In this document: one piece after another, positions 53,721 through 63,704 of the stretch | How positions within the stretch are numbered: the first letter of the stretch is position 1 | Layout: each line of letters begins with the position of its first letter | Source of the DNA: Terriglobia bacterium | GTDB lineage: Bacteria; Acidobacteriota; Terriglobia; 20CM-2-55-15 | Assembly: GCA_965218585.1 (NCBI GenBank) | Contig: CBDCLE010000024.1 | Location: 160,001-224,000, forward strand | Length of the DNA: 64,000 bases | Direction of reading: 5' to 3' | Translations under genes and position numbers: made by a program | The notes under the pieces: generated by a model | Databases searched by the model: none | Told to the model about the DNA's origin: nothing | Seen by the model: the letters and a program-made list of their open reading frames with translations, nothing else

Positions 53721-54737
53721 ATGTACCGGCGTCAGTTTCTTAAGGCATCAGCATTGATAGGCGGTGGCCTCGTAGGCACTCCTGTATTCAACACCAACGC
53801 TCAGCAATCCGGTCAAACTGGTACCAGCGAGCAACCCATTCGCATCACCCTGGGTGGGTATGGCCCATCAACGTCAAGTTTCAGCCAGGGATTGAAGCAA
53901 ATCGGCGATCGCCTCGGCGCCAGATTTGGCGACGATGTCGAGATCGAATATCTCTACAATATTCTAGATCTTGGTTATGAGGAAGCAGGCGATCTGACAC
54001 GGCTAGTTGATAATGGTGTGCTCTCGCTCGCGTACTTAACCATGTTCGACGAGATTCCCGCGTTGGAAGTCGCCGCGCTTCCATTTCTGTTTGCAAACAG
54101 CGCCGCAGCAAGGGTTGCGATGGATGGAGCGCTAGGACAGTCAGCAATAGATACTATCGAGGCTGATACGAACTTTCGCGTTTTGGGATTTTTCGAAAAT
54201 GGCTTTCGCCATGTATCCAACAGTGTCAGGCCGGTTCACAGTCCGGTCGACTTGAAAGGCCTCTCAGTTCGCGTTCTTGGTGTGCAAGCCAGAACATTTG
54301 AATTGCTTGGAGCCAACCCGAAGGTCATGCCTCTATCAGCGGTATTCGATGGCCTTCAGTCTGGCGAATTGGATGGTCAGGAAAACCCTTTTGAAAACGT
54401 TGTCAGCTACAACCTCTACCACTCACAGCGTTATTACACTGAGACTTATCATTCGTACTTGTCTCGACCAATTTTCGTTCACCGACCTTCATTTGAAGTC
54501 TGGCCTGATGCACTGCAAATGGAGATGCGCACGGCCGTCAAAGAAGCGGTAACCCTTCAGCGGCAGCTGCATGATCAGGCAGAAATCGATTCTGCCGAGA
54601 TTATTCGTGAGGCTGGTGGGGAAATTGTTACGCTCACGCCGCAGCAACGCCAGGCATTTGTCGATGCCGTTGCGCCTATTTACGCAGACGCTCAGAATCA
54701 ATACGATCGGGTACTGCTGAATCTGGTAGGTCTATAA
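53721..54737 (+). CDS. TRAP transporter substrate-binding protein (DctP family), Tat signal
   Basis: RRQFLK, LPFLF, ENGFRH, DLKGL.VR, DGQENP. Confidence 0.92.
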   Translation: MYRRQFLKASALIGGGLVGTPVFNTNAQQSGQTGTSEQPIRITLGGYGPSTSSFSQGLKQIGDRLGARFGDDVEIEYLYNILDLGYEEAGDLTRLVDNGVLSLAYLTMFDEIPALEVAALPFLFANSAAARVAMDGALGQSAIDTIEADTNFRVLGFFENGFRHVSNSVRPVHSPVDLKGLSVRVLGVQARTFELLGANPKVMPLSAVFDGLQSGELDGQENPFENVVSYNLYHSQRYYTETYHSYLSRPIFVHRPSFEVWPDALQMEMRTAVKEAVTLQRQLHDQAEIDSAEIIREAGGEIVTLTPQQRQAFVDAVAPIYADAQNQYDRVLLNLVGL

Positions 54738-54869
54738 TCACCAATTGTCAGTGACTGATCAGCTCTTAAAAGACGTTCGTCCCAAAGACTTCCTGTCATC
54801 ATGTTCAATACGAACTGTGGACCAGAACTGACCTCGGCGGATCTGTTGCGGAGGCAACCGAGTGACTCC

Positions 54870-54928
54870 GAGATTGTCGTTGTCTTGAACTGGCTCGAAG
54901 AACTGAAGGAACGGTGACTGTGCCGTAG
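54870..54928 (+). pseudogene. Kinase C-terminal remnant (frameshifted)
   Basis: EIVVVLNWLEELKER / VTVP*. Confidence 0.8.
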
Positions 54929-55084
54929 AGTCGGTTGTAGCCCTTCCCGCCCTCAACCTCTCAAAAGCCAATCTCAAGTCTTGGTGTCCGGGTGCTGGAC
55001 GGTCAGGAAAAAACTCGCCGCGACGGGCACTACATTAGTGTTAACACGCCCTAGAGAAGCATTGGGGAGTTTGGGAGGACGACT

Positions 55085-55726
55085 ATGCGCCTGAGTCCAG
55101 TCATCGCGGCAACGTTAAGTCTGTTTATTTCGTGCCCATCCTTCGCGCAAGGCTGGATCGAGTATGCCAGTCAGGAGGATTTCTTCACCGTCAATCTCCC
55201 GGGTGAACCTGAGGTGCAAGACATCACCTACGACACGGAATATTTCATCACCTTGCCGGGGCGTGTCTATAGCCACGAGGATGGCCTGAACCGCTATTCG
55301 GTCACTGTGGTCGATTACACGGACGCCGCAAAAAGACACGCAGAGCGAGTGGTGAGCTGCCGAGCTGCCTTGAGAGATGGGGACAGTTGCCGCGATTACA
55401 CGGCGACTGATCTTCGGGCAGCGATCGACTATGCGACGTGGAATTTCCTTCAAAGAGAGGCTGAGCTGACGCATTTTGTGTACTATATCGCGGACTTGGT
55501 TGAAGGACGTTCTTTGCACCTCACCAACCCCGATGGATCCCGCACCTTCTCCGCAATCAATATGCACGAAAACCGTCTCTATATCCTGGAGGGAACCGTG
55601 CCCGCGGATTCACCACCGCCGTTAGTGTTCCAGCAATCCTTGGGATTCCTCGACCAGGAGGGCAAAAGAATTCGCTATGAGTCGGCCTACTCCAACGGAT
55701 TTCCAGCACCTCCCCGTACCCGATGA
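55085..55726 (+). CDS. Hypothetical secreted protein
   Basis: GGAGG RBS, signal peptide, W.EY.S.ED.F.VN.PG motif. Confidence 0.75.
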   Translation: MRLSPVIAATLSLFISCPSFAQGWIEYASQEDFFTVNLPGEPEVQDITYDTEYFITLPGRVYSHEDGLNRYSVTVVDYTDAAKRHAERVVSCRAALRDGDSCRDYTATDLRAAIDYATWNFLQREAELTHFVYYIADLVEGRSLHLTNPDGSRTFSAINMHENRLYILEGTVPADSPPPLVFQQSLGFLDQEGKRIRYESAYSNGFPAPPRTR

Positions 55727-55794
55727 CGGTCGGCCGAGCGACTCGACGAGAGCGATACTACTGAAACAGTTTCTGTGATGTATGGGAGGTAAGG

Positions 55795-56223
55795 ATGCAG
55801 TTTAAAGTGTTGAGCCTTGCGGCTATTTGTGCGGTTGCCTTAGCCGTGCCGGCTTTGGCGCACCATTCCCACGGCAACTACGACGCATCGACGTGGACGC
55901 TTTATGAGGGGACGGTCAAGGAAGTGCACTTGATCAACCCGCATTCTTGGGTCTATCTCGAAATCACGGACGAAGAAGGTCAGGCCGCAGTGTGGGCTTT
56001 AGAAGCCACCGGTCCCGGCGGTCTCCTACGCAACGAAATCAAGCCCGAAGACGTCAGACCGGGCGACACCATCAGAGTGCGGTGTCATCGGCTCAGGGAC
56101 GGCTCCAACGGCTGTCTTCTGGGGTTTGTGACACCCTTACACGGTGATCTGGCACGCGGCCACGGAATCGAGAAGGAAATGGGACTAGCTAGGCAGACGA
56201 ACGCATTGACGAGGACGCCTTGA
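55795..56223 (+). CDS. DUF6152 family protein (true end may be EWD* at 56188)
   Basis: Signal peptide then HHS, NPH.W, W.LE motifs. Confidence 0.75.
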   Translation: MQFKVLSLAAICAVALAVPALAHHSHGNYDASTWTLYEGTVKEVHLINPHSWVYLEITDEEGQAAVWALEATGPGGLLRNEIKPEDVRPGDTIRVRCHRLRDGSNGCLLGFVTPLHGDLARGHGIEKEMGLARQTNALTRTP

Positions 56224-56255
56224 TGCAGATTGGCAGTTGGTGATCGGGGTGGGGA

Positions 56256-56400
56256 GTGGGGGAGACGGGAATGCTGGAAATAGGCAAGGAAGCCGATATC
56301 TCCATCCTGGATAGAAACCCATTGTTAGACATCAGCCATGTGGGGACTGTGTCCGCTGTGATGACAAATGGAAATTATTATGAAGCGAACCTCTTTGGCG
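56256..56400 (+). pseudogene. Amidohydrolase C-terminal remnant
   Basis: G.LEIGKEADISILDRNPLLDIS....V.AVM.NG. Confidence 0.7.
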
Positions 56401-56562
56401 CGCTGCTGACTTTGGGTCCGGCAATTAGTGATCCGGGGCCGGTTTCGAGATCGTGGCGAAATAGGCGAAATAGTTGTTGAAAGCGTACCGCCAGCACTAA
56501 ACGATTACGAAAGACTGAACGCCGCCCGCGCCCACGCTGCCCCACCTTCGCAAGCGAAGAGC

Positions 56563-57222
56563 TTAGACCGCCTCTTTCTTAGTGCCCTGCTGCTTCTTGG
56601 CCCAGTAATCGGGCGCCGCTTTCGATTTCTCGAGCGCCTCGGGGCTTTCGAAGCCAGGAGCCATCGAAGCCGACGAAATGCCAGCCATGACCTGGTGGTG
56701 GTCGATGTTCAGCAACCGTAACCAACTCTGCTGGCCGTACGTGAGACCAATGGCGCAACCCAGCTCCACCATCTCCGGTTCGCTGAAGTGCTTGTACATT
56801 CTTTCCCAGAAAGCATCGCCGGTGTCGATGCGCCAGACAATCGCCTCGGCATAGGCGAGCGCAGCCTTCTGACGGTCGGTGTATTTGGCCGACCTCTCGA
56901 AGTTCATCAAGTCGTCGATCTGACGTTCGTTCACACCTGCCTTCTGGCCTTTGATCGAACGCTGATTGCCGCAAAACTCGCAGACGACGGAACGGGAGAC
57001 ATAGACGCGGCACAATTCCTTAACTGCATGATCGAGAATGCCGTTGCGAAAAATGTTGTGCCAGGAGTCGGCGAAGAACCAGAAACAATCCGGCACATGG
57101 GCCCGAACTGCGCTGCTTTCGGGGCGAGGGGTACCTTCTCTCACACAGCGATCCATTTCCTCGCGCATCTTTGCAGTCATGTCCTCGAGCGCGACATAGC
57201 TGATCCTTTGTTTGTCTGCCAT
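56563..57222 (-). CDS. Carboxymuconolactone decarboxylase / AhpD-like protein
   Basis: KEL.R..VS....CEFC, AALAYAEA, HFSEPEMVEL; GGAGG RBS. Confidence 0.85.
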   Translation of the reverse strand: MADKQRISYVALEDMTAKMREEMDRCVREGTPRPESSAVRAHVPDCFWFFADSWHNIFRNGILDHAVKELCRVYVSRSVVCEFCGNQRSIKGQKAGVNERQIDDLMNFERSAKYTDRQKAALAYAEAIVWRIDTGDAFWERMYKHFSEPEMVELGCAIGLTYGQQSWLRLLNIDHHQVMAGISSASMAPGFESPEALEKSKAAPDYWAKKQQGTKKEAV

Positions 57223-57368
57223 TGGTGTCCCTCCTACCGTCACGTCGGTTTGTCTGTTCGAACCTGTGCGGATCACCCAGAACCGCCCTGGGAAGAATAG
57301 CCGAGATTATGAGCGTTGTGCAGGTATTTGGTAATCGGTGGGACCGTTGGCCTCATAAAGCCGGGCGT

Positions 57369-58055
57369 TCAGGCCACCGGAGTCAATCCCAATACGATGT
57401 CAAATCGCGCTTCCAGTTCGCCGATCTGCGACTCCGGGATCGGAGCAAAATCGACGATTATGGTTTTGCGTGCCTCCGGATCGGTGACTCGGGCCAAAAG
57501 GTTGTCGCGTTCATTCTGCGGCGCCCCCTTGACGTAACACTGCGTCGTCCACTGTTCGTGGCCTTTCATCTTGACCGCAAAATGGATGTGCGGCGTTCGG
57601 TTTCCATAAGACACCGGCTTGATCGTGCGGAAATAGTATTCGCCCGCGGAACCTGTCAGAAAGCGTCCAAACCCCTGGAAGTTCTGGTCGCGCTCCCCGT
57701 TGGCGTCGCTGTCGCTATGCAGGTAGACTCCGTTGTGATCCACTTGCCAAATTTCAACGACAGCGTTCCTCAACGGGCCACCTGAAGCGTCCAGCAGTCT
57801 CCCTGTCAGGTGGGTCACTTCACCGATCGCAGGTGTGATGCCATCGTTCACCGTCAGCAGGTCATTGTCGGTGTCCAGTGGAAGGCGGTCCGGATAAAAC
57901 GGCCCCTCTCCCTGGGGTGCTGTAAGTGTGAGTTGCTCGGCGAACAGGCCGGGAACGTTGAAGAGGCTGTGCACACTGAGCCCGGCAACTCCGCACGCCA
58001 TGCCTCGAAGAAAAACGCGCCGACTGTCGAGCAGTTTCGATTCATGCATCGTCAT
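57369..58055 (-). CDS. Intradiol ring-cleavage dioxygenase-like protein with a Tat-like signal
   Basis: SRRVFL, EGPFY, VEIWQ....GVY, FRTIKP..Y..RTPHIHF. Confidence 0.9.
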   Translation of the reverse strand: MTMHESKLLDSRRVFLRGMACGVAGLSVHSLFNVPGLFAEQLTLTAPQGEGPFYPDRLPLDTDNDLLTVNDGITPAIGEVTHLTGRLLDASGGPLRNAVVEIWQVDHNGVYLHSDSDANGERDQNFQGFGRFLTGSAGEYYFRTIKPVSYGNRTPHIHFAVKMKGHEQWTTQCYVKGAPQNERDNLLARVTDPEARKTIIVDFAPIPESQIGELEARFDIVLGLTPVA

Positions 58056-58255
58056 GCTCCTTGGAGCGTAGAGACGCCCGTTTTGATCAGAACTAAATGT
58101 AAGAAAGCTGGTGAAAGTCTATCGACGAATGGAATTGGAAGCAACGAATTCTCGACTTCCAACGTAGGGGATCCAAGCACCGGACCCGGCCATTACCTAA
58201 TCCGCGACATGAATTGAATTAGAATGCACGTGACAAACATCAAGAGGGGGAGCAA

Positions 58256-58684
58256 ATGAAGAGATTCTTGACCAGCTTTTGGACTGCCCGCGTCCTGGTG
58301 ATCCTCGGTTTCCTGCTCGGTTGGAACAGCTTAAGTGCAACAGCGAGGCACATCGGGAACCCTCAGACCTTGCTCGTCGGGGGACTAGAGACGCACAGCT
58401 GGCACCATTTCTTTAGGGAACTTGGGGGCGATTTCGGTGCAATGATTGCCATCCTGGTGATCTTGTTCGCGGCCCAGGGTGTCCGAACGCCGGTCAGCTG
58501 GTGGGTAGTGCTCGTTCTCATGATCGGATTCTACGCGCCCTTCTGGGTCGGCACGCCATTCATGCCCGAACTGGGCGCACCCAGTATGGGAGCCGAAGTG
58601 AATCACCTGATGATGGCCATACCCGCTTTGCTCGGCTGTTTCTTGGCGAAAAGACACTTTCGAGGGGACGCAGCAGGGGTGTAG
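58256..58684 (+). CDS. Hypothetical membrane protein
   Basis: Four hydrophobic segments, conserved-looking His residues, RBS. Confidence 0.7.
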   Translation: MKRFLTSFWTARVLVILGFLLGWNSLSATARHIGNPQTLLVGGLETHSWHHFFRELGGDFGAMIAILVILFAAQGVRTPVSWWVVLVLMIGFYAPFWVGTPFMPELGAPSMGAEVNHLMMAIPALLGCFLAKRHFRGDAAGV

Positions 58685-58880
58685 CTGGTCAGATCCGGGT
58701 GGCGGAGCCAGGTGCTGGGGCAACAGCGACCGTGTTGCGACTCGCCTTCCCAACGCTTATCGGTTGGTCGCTCGTCTTGAGAGGTTGTCATTTATGATTG
58801 CGTTGATGTTTCGAATTCCGACGACTATGTTTATTGGCGCGAACCAATTTGATGCCGGCTTCGCTCGCTCCCAGTCGAGC

Positions 58881-58931
58881 ATTGTCCTGAACTGGTTCGA
58901 GGATCTGAAGGAACGGTTGCCGGTGCCGTAA
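58881..58931 (+). pseudogene. Kinase C-terminal remnant overlapping the next start codon
   Basis: IVLNWFEDLKERLPVP* with TAATG overlap. Confidence 0.8.
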
Positions 58932-59914
58932 TGGGCAACTACGTTGTCGATCTGAATGACGTTCGTCGAGCAGCGGCTCGCATTGCCCCTCACGTTCACC
59001 GTACTCCAGTTATCACGAGTAAGACTTTAGACGACCTGGCGGGCCGAAGCTTGTTCTTCAAATGCGAGAACCTGCAACGTTGCGGTGCCTTCAAGGCCCG
59101 GGGCGCGGTGAACGCCGTGCTGTCCCTCGGTGACGATCAAGCCGCACGGGGTGTCGCTGCGGACAGTAGCGGCAATCACGGCCAGGCGCTGGCGTATGCT
59201 GCCAGAATTCGCGGCATTGCGGCACACATAGCGATGCCCAGTAATGCCCCGATCGTCAAGCAACACGCTGTCAGGGGCTATGGCGGACGGGTGTATCTGA
59301 GCGAACCGACCCTCGAAGGACGCGAAGCGACTCTTGCCACAGTACTTGAACAGACCCACGCCACACGCGTTTCCGCCTTCAACGACCCAGCCATCATTGC
59401 CGGGCAGGGAACCGTCGCGCTAGAGCTGTTGGATCAGGTGGACAACCTGGACGCGCTGGTGGTTCCTGTTGGAGGTGGTGGTCTGATTTCGGGGGTTGCG
59501 CTCGCAGCCCGGGGATTGAACCCTCGAGTCCGCATCTTCGCAGCCGAGCCCCACGGCGCGGACGACGCATATCGCTCCAAAGCCGAAGATCGCTACGTTC
59601 CGTCGCTCGATCCACAAACAGTTGCCGACGGACTGTTGGTCAGCCTGGGAGACTTTACCTGGCCGGTGTTACGCGACTTGGTCGAAGCCGTGATCCGTGT
59701 AAGGGATGATGAAATCCTGCGCGCCATGCGGCTACTGTGGGAACGCATGAAACTGGTAGTTGAGCCAAGCGGGGCGACGTCGGTAGCCGCAACTCTATCT
59801 CGGGAGTTCGCCGAGCTCACAGGTCTTGGCCGAGTCGGCGTAGTGCTCAGTGGCGGCAACGTGGACCTCGACAACCTGCCGTTTTCTGATACAACCACGA
59901 ACGATTCCGAATAG
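58931..59914 (+). CDS. PLP-dependent threonine/serine dehydratase or serine racemase
   Basis: KCENLQ..GAFKARG, SSGNH, VGGGGL, EPSGA, LSGGN. Confidence 0.92.
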   Translation: MGNYVVDLNDVRRAAARIAPHVHRTPVITSKTLDDLAGRSLFFKCENLQRCGAFKARGAVNAVLSLGDDQAARGVAADSSGNHGQALAYAARIRGIAAHIAMPSNAPIVKQHAVRGYGGRVYLSEPTLEGREATLATVLEQTHATRVSAFNDPAIIAGQGTVALELLDQVDNLDALVVPVGGGGLISGVALAARGLNPRVRIFAAEPHGADDAYRSKAEDRYVPSLDPQTVADGLLVSLGDFTWPVLRDLVEAVIRVRDDEILRAMRLLWERMKLVVEPSGATSVAATLSREFAELTGLGRVGVVLSGGNVDLDNLPFSDTTTNDSE

Positions 59915-59973
59915 TTGTCTCGTTGGTAGGGAACTGCCTGTCCAGGCCTCGCACTCGGATCGACATCTCCCTT

Positions 59974-60084
59974 GAACGAATTGTCGGAAGTTGAGGATTG
60001 GTAAATTACCTGCGGTTTTCAACCGCCGGCAAACCCGTTTATCTTCACCCGAGAAGCTGCTTGCGTATAAATCTCATCTGTAGT
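59974..60084. repeat. Diverged copy of the 53570-53676 non-coding block
   Basis: TGTCGGAAGTTGAGGAT...TTTTCAACCGCCGG...CTTGCGTATAAATCTCATCTGTAGT. Confidence 0.75.
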
Positions 60085-60130
60085 TGAATTCACAAAGATT
60101 TTTGAAGCTCACTTCCGCACGTTAATTACG

Positions 60131-61603
60131 ATGCACGTGATGAAGGAGAAAAACACTTTTTCAGGAATGAAACGGCGGGCAAGAATGAGATTATCCGTCG
60201 CTCTCGGCCGAGCACTTTTGTTGCTTGTGATGTCGACGGGCCTGGGCAACGCCGCCCCGACTCAGAATGCAGGTGAAGCACGGAACGTCGAGTTCGTCGG
60301 GCATCATGACCTTCAGGGTCGTGATTCGCTACAGGTGACGGCCAAAGGGGATGACGCGAACGGCGATTGGGTGTACGTAGGGCATTCGGATAACACCTGG
60401 GACCAGACCGAGGGCTTCAATCCCATCACCAACCAACTGGAATGGAACGGGACTTCGATACTGAACGTCTCCGATCCAGCCAATCCGGAATTGATCTGGC
60501 ACATACCGAATACCGTCAGCGCCAACTCCCGCTCGACTTCAGTCGTGTATGACTACATTTTTGATTCCGATCCGACGGGGAGAGACTATCTGATACGAAA
60601 CTCTCAGGGAGAGGGGTTTGCGAAGTTTCAGATCTTCGATATCACTTCCAGGGACACGAATCCGTCCGAGATTCGCTTGGTTGGGGAGATCACCCGGACA
60701 CCGGAAGATTCCTGCGGGCCGGGGTGCGGCGGTTTGCTAACGGCCGTGCACAAAGGCTGGTGGTCGCCCGAGACCGGCCTGTACTACAGCGCAGCCAACG
60801 AGCCGGGTTTTCGCGACGGAAACCACCTGGTGATTTTCGATCTCGCGGACCCAGCAAACCCGCAGTTCGTCGGAAGGGCCTGGTTGCCGGGGCAGCGAAC
60901 GAGCGAACCCGAGACTTCGAACGGGAACAACTGGCACCATCCGATCGTGGATGAAGAAAACGGCCGGGTCTACGGAGCCTATCTGGGTGGAGGAGATGTG
61001 GTTTCCTTTGACATCGAGGACCCGTCCAATCCGGAGCTGGTCTGGCGTATCGATACCGAGCCACCGGGAAGAGGAACCCACACCGTCGCACCCGTATTCT
61101 ATGATGACGTCCCCAACTTCGGGCCCGATTCCTTGCCGAGGACGTATGCCCTGGTTGCGGATGAAGCCACTGGTCCTGACATAGGGTGTGCCGATCCGGT
61201 TAGAACGAAAGTCTACATGTTCGACATGACTGCCGCCGACGAAACCGGCGTCCCCTACCCGGTGGATACATGGCAGGTTCCGGATGCCGATTTCTGTGAG
61301 AAGGGCGGCCGTTTCGGCCCTCATCAATTTGCTGAGACGATCAATGGAGTGCTTAACAGATTCGAAGACAAGATCGCTTACATTCCCTATTTCAATGCGG
61401 GATTGAGGATCGTCGATGTTTCGGATCCTTACAACATGATCGAAGTCGGCTATTACGTTCCCAGCCCGAATGAGAACTCTCACCCTATCCAACCCGGTCA
61501 GCCGACCGTCATCCAGATCAACGACGTGGCTATCGATCGTCTGGGGTTGCTCTATGCGTCCGATAGGGTAGGTGCAGGTCTCTTTGTTCTGAGGCGAGAG
61601 TAG
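60131..61603 (+). CDS. Secreted LVIVD-repeat protein
   Basis: Repeated (I/L).(N/D)(V/L/I).DP.NP units, GRFGPH, YFNAGLRIVDVSDP; start uncertain. Confidence 0.85.
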   Translation: MHVMKEKNTFSGMKRRARMRLSVALGRALLLLVMSTGLGNAAPTQNAGEARNVEFVGHHDLQGRDSLQVTAKGDDANGDWVYVGHSDNTWDQTEGFNPITNQLEWNGTSILNVSDPANPELIWHIPNTVSANSRSTSVVYDYIFDSDPTGRDYLIRNSQGEGFAKFQIFDITSRDTNPSEIRLVGEITRTPEDSCGPGCGGLLTAVHKGWWSPETGLYYSAANEPGFRDGNHLVIFDLADPANPQFVGRAWLPGQRTSEPETSNGNNWHHPIVDEENGRVYGAYLGGGDVVSFDIEDPSNPELVWRIDTEPPGRGTHTVAPVFYDDVPNFGPDSLPRTYALVADEATGPDIGCADPVRTKVYMFDMTAADETGVPYPVDTWQVPDADFCEKGGRFGPHQFAETINGVLNRFEDKIAYIPYFNAGLRIVDVSDPYNMIEVGYYVPSPNENSHPIQPGQPTVIQINDVAIDRLGLLYASDRVGAGLFVLRRE

Positions 61604-61658
61604 TGCGACACCTCTGCGTCTCTCTAAAATGACGACAAGGTGTGGCCGAAGTTCGTTC

Positions 61659-62702
61659 TCACTGTTGTCTCATCACTTCGACACGCAACGGCGACCACGC
61701 CATGCCATCCGGGCTCTCATGAGCACTCGCCAGAACCCCTGGCTCTGACTCTCCAAGAGAATCCAGATCGAACATGCGGATGGTGCCCTGTCCGGGATCG
61801 CTCACGAAGGCTACGCCATTGTGGATCAACACTCCGAAGTTACCGTCCTGAGGTGTGCCGTCGCGCAATTCCACCTCGGCCAGCATCACGCGTGACGCCA
61901 CGTCGAAGAGGCGTAAGTATTGGGGAACAGGGGGCCCCCCACCGCCGCCGTTGGGCACGATCGCGCGTCCGCCAGGACCGATGTCGACGCGTCCCGCGGA
62001 GCGTCGCGAAGCGACTGTCGCCACAACCTTGAACGACCCAGTGTCGATGACGGAGATAGTCTCCTCCCCTCGGTTCGCAACCCACACTTCTCCGCCGTCG
62101 GGAGTGACGGATATGCCCTCGGCCCCCGTCCCTGTGGGAATTACCAAGGGGGAGCGATCCTCCTCCAAAAAGATGACCGACAGCGTTCCTTCCCCGCCGC
62201 GACTGGTCACATACGCGTGGAGCCCGTCAGGGCTCAGCCGTAACATGTGACCTTCCCGACCCCCGGTCGGATAGGTTCGCACGACTTCCATTCGGTTCAG
62301 GTCTATCAAAGCGATTTCGTCGGAATCCTGCATCGTCGCTAACGCGTGCTGTCCGTCCGGGTGGAAAACGGCCGTGTGAGGGCGCGAGTTCGGACCGAGG
62401 TCGATGCGGCCCATGATGCGTGCGTCCGGTATATCGATCAGAATCACGTGCCTGCCTGGGTTGTTGTTGGGTCCGTACTCGGCGGTCATGGCTAGACGTC
62501 CGTCCGGGGACACCGCCACCTCGTGGGGGATGAGGGGGCCTACCGGTAGACGCGCAGCCTCAACACGGGTTTCAAGATCGATGAGAGAGACGCTTCCGCC
62601 GCTACGGTTGGCCACGACGAGTGTGCCTTCCTGGGCGAGGGCGACGACACACGGTAAGAATAGAATCGCGGAAGCCAGGACCAGGCAGGCTATCGATCGC
62701 AT
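61659..62702 (-). CDS. Secreted YncE/YVTN-type beta-propeller protein
   Basis: PHEVAVSPDG, AEGISVTPDG.EVWVAN, ISVID repeats. Confidence 0.85.
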   Translation of the reverse strand: MRSIACLVLASAILFLPCVVALAQEGTLVVANRSGGSVSLIDLETRVEAARLPVGPLIPHEVAVSPDGRLAMTAEYGPNNNPGRHVILIDIPDARIMGRIDLGPNSRPHTAVFHPDGQHALATMQDSDEIALIDLNRMEVVRTYPTGGREGHMLRLSPDGLHAYVTSRGGEGTLSVIFLEEDRSPLVIPTGTGAEGISVTPDGGEVWVANRGEETISVIDTGSFKVVATVASRRSAGRVDIGPGGRAIVPNGGGGGPPVPQYLRLFDVASRVMLAEVELRDGTPQDGNFGVLIHNGVAFVSDPGQGTIRMFDLDSLGESEPGVLASAHESPDGMAWSPLRVEVMRQQ

Positions 62703-62961
62703 CAATGCGTTCCGAGCTATGCGATGAACCGAGGCAGAGGTGAGGTATGCCGTCCGACAACATTGAGCGGACCGCCCTTTATCTGTCAAAGGGGCTCGAC
62801 TAGGATTGTCCCAAAGGCTGACAACATCGAGAGAATTTGTTACGAATCGGCCTGGCTTTCTTGTCATCGGTGGTCGCCCCTATGATCAACTCGCGTTGAT
62901 ATTACTCCCTCACACCTCCTTCTGTCCAAGTGTGTGATTCGATGCCTGACCATGACTTTCC

Positions 62962-63000
62962 GAGGTCAACTCCCGACAAATCCTGTGGGAAGTTTATAGG
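62962..63000. repeat. Degenerate palindromic site
   Basis: GAGGTCAACTCCCGACA-AATCC-TGTGGGAAGTTTATAGG. Confidence 0.5.
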
Positions 63001-63071
63001 GTTGAACGCCGATGTCGGTATATGCGAGCATTTTCCGATGCTCATCCAACGTGACCAAAAGCGGTGCCGCC

Positions 63072-63704
63072 ATGCCCTCTGACCACGATCACTCACACGA
63101 TCAACCCCATGGCTCCGAATTGTCGGATATGCAGATCAGGGTTCGTTCCCTGGAGACGGTTCTCTCGGAGAAGGGCTATATCGATCCGGCGGCGCTGGAT
63201 GCCATCGTCGAAGCTTTCGAAACTCGTATCGGGCCGCACAATGGCGCGCAGGTCGTCGCGCGCGCCTGGAACGATCCCAGGTTCAGGAGCGAACTCCTTG
63301 AGGATGCGACGCGGGCGGTCAATGCTATGGGCAATGTCAGCCCCGTTGGCAGCCATCTCATTGCCATCGAGAACACCGAGAGGACGCACAATATGGTCGT
63401 GTGCACGCTCTGCTCCTGCTATCCATGGGAAGTGCTGGGGCTGCCCCCTGTCTGGTACAAATCGGCGCCGTATCGCTCTCGTGTGGTGGTCGAGCCGAGA
63501 AAAGTCCTGTCGGAATTCGGCGTGACCCTGCCCGTGGAAACAGAAATCCGGGTGTGGGATTCGACCGCTGAAACAAGATTCCTGGTAGTGCCCATGCGAC
63601 CCGCCCGAACCCAAGGCTGGAGTGAGGAACAACTCGCCACCCTTGTCACACGCGACAGCATGGTCGGCACAGGTCTGGCGAAGAACCCGGGCGAGGAATC
63701 GTGA
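63072..63704 (+). CDS. nthA: Nitrile hydratase alpha subunit, cobalt type
   Basis: VCTLCSCYPW metal-binding motif (Thr/Tyr = Co type), LGLPP.WYKS..YR. Confidence 0.96.
   Translation: MPSDHDHSHDQPHGSELSDMQIRVRSLETVLSEKGYIDPAALDAIVEAFETRIGPHNGAQVVARAWNDPRFRSELLEDATRAVNAMGNVSPVGSHLIAIENTERTHNMVVCTLCSCYPWEVLGLPPVWYKSAPYRSRVVVEPRKVLSEFGVTLPVETEIRVWDSTAETRFLVVPMRPARTQGWSEEQLATLVTRDSMVGTGLAKNPGEES

Noticed and set aside
62900-62955. Possible further kinase N-terminal relics (MVRHRITH..EGGVRE here; PGHYLI near 58185; G-rich tract near 56245)
   Set aside because: Positions fit the model for two of them, but similarity is too weak to call without an alignment.
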